NCBI GenBank assembly: GCA_000004985.1
Contig: GG738859.1
Length of the DNA stretch: 64,000 nucleotides
Reading direction: 5' to 3' (one strand)
Source of the DNA: Naegleria gruberi
Taxonomy: Eukaryota
Below the pieces are notes generated by a model. That model ran no database searches, had not been told where the DNA came from, and worked only from the letters and a program-made list of their open reading frames with translations. The stretch's first letter is position 1; the number at the start of each line of letters is the position of its first letter. Positions 63,318 through 64,000 of this stretch are shown piece after piece. Position numbers and translations under genes: made by a program.

Positions 63318-64000
63318 TTTGCTATTGGAGTAATTTTCAAAGGCTTTGTTTTCGCGGTTTTTTTTTAATATTTTGTTAGTAGATGTTGAATTTGTCTCTT
63401 TAAAGCTGTTAGATAACTTGGAGTTTTGTTAATAATGCAGCATGAATGGTGTTGAAATACTTCATGAGCATGAAATGTTTCGTGTAGTCCAATTATGTCC
63501 ATAGAAAGACAAGTCTTGATTGAAATGGATAAGGTGAAAGCATCATGAACAGCAAGTGAATCGCTCGAATAATTAAAATAGAAAGTATCGAATTGGTTTA
63601 ATACCTATCTCTAGAGAGGGAGAGAAGCAGAACTACAGTTATTCGGCAGAGAGAAACTATTCGAAAGTTGTCAAGTACTATTTAAGAGTTGATGTAAATT
63701 CTTTCTGAAGTGTCTTATCCATTGTCCTTAAATTCAATTATTGGTTCGCACCTTATTCGAACAGTAACAATTTCGAATTAATCCTTCGACAAAGATCATA
63801 AAAAGTCTATGTGAACGATTGGTAGAGCTTGGTTGATGAGAAAACTAAGGAAAGGTTGGTGACAAACAATAATGCACAACTGTAGAGTAGAACATGTTCA
63901 GTAAGAGAGATAGAGTTTAACAAAGAAGAAATTTGACAAATTCTAGAAAACCGTGACCAATTTATTGCTCTGGTTTGTTATACAACAAACACGAAAGAGA

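Noticed and set aside
1-64000. Possibility that the window is organellar or prokaryotic (AT-rich, dense genes)
   Set aside because: It has canonical GT-AG spliceosomal introns, eukaryotic cytosolic-type tRNAs, nuclear genes such as Mediator, exosome, HECT and RING ligases, and standard-code ORFs with no Shine-Dalgarno-like spacing. This is a nuclear chromosome segment.

Overview
AT-rich (~65-68% AT), very gene-dense eukaryotic nuclear DNA. About 40 protein-coding genes sit on both strands in 64 kb (roughly one gene per 1.6 kb), plus two isolated Pol III tRNA genes: tRNA-Glu(UUC) and tRNA-Asn(GUU). There are no prokaryotic features (no CRISPR, operon-style RBS or IS elements) and no recognisable transposons. 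Most genes are single-exon, but ten genes carry one to four short spliceosomal introns with GT(A/G/T)(A/G)GT...(C/T)AG boundaries, mostly 39-54 nt. I rebuilt these gene models by hand from conserved protein blocks that lie in different frames of the ORF track. Outlier introns are 27, 85, 96, ~126 (tentative) and 182 nt. Confidently recognisable genes are NSDHL/ERG26, CMC2, MED4, glucosidase I (MOGS), prefoldin-1, exosome CSL4, cytosolic MDH, COX19, an SMPD4-like neutral sphingomyelinase, HAUS6, RAD17, a PDCD6/ALG-2-like penta-EF-hand protein, VPS16, a UBE3A/E6AP-like HECT ligase with an AZUL domain, PEX10, delta-tubulin and FA2H. Lower-confidence calls are a prominin-like pentaspan protein, a TTI1-like HEAT protein, an inosine-uridine nucleoside hydrolase, an NYN nuclease, an RGS protein and a C45-like Ntn hydrolase. 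The gene repertoire (delta-tubulin, HAUS6, prominin, SMPD4, UBE3A-AZUL) points to a centriole-bearing, animal-like eukaryote with a hyper-compact genome. The species cannot be named from sequence alone. Points worth a second look are: (1) five F-box genes (four F-box-only plus one F-box/LRR) within about 36 kb; (2) a BTB/POZ-ARF-like GTPase fusion gene; (3) a small minus-strand gene made of 11-aa (Q-I-V-D-N/S-W/F-P-D-F/Y-K-V/I) repeats, encoded by 33-nt DNA repeats and broken by a frameshift; (4) convergent and tandem genes with overlapping or near-zero spacers; (5) an in-frame 48-nt intron hidden inside the PEX10 ORF; (6) a gene whose 5' structure is unresolved through an S/T/N-rich region. 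No coherent novel multi-gene system in the prokaryotic sense is evident.
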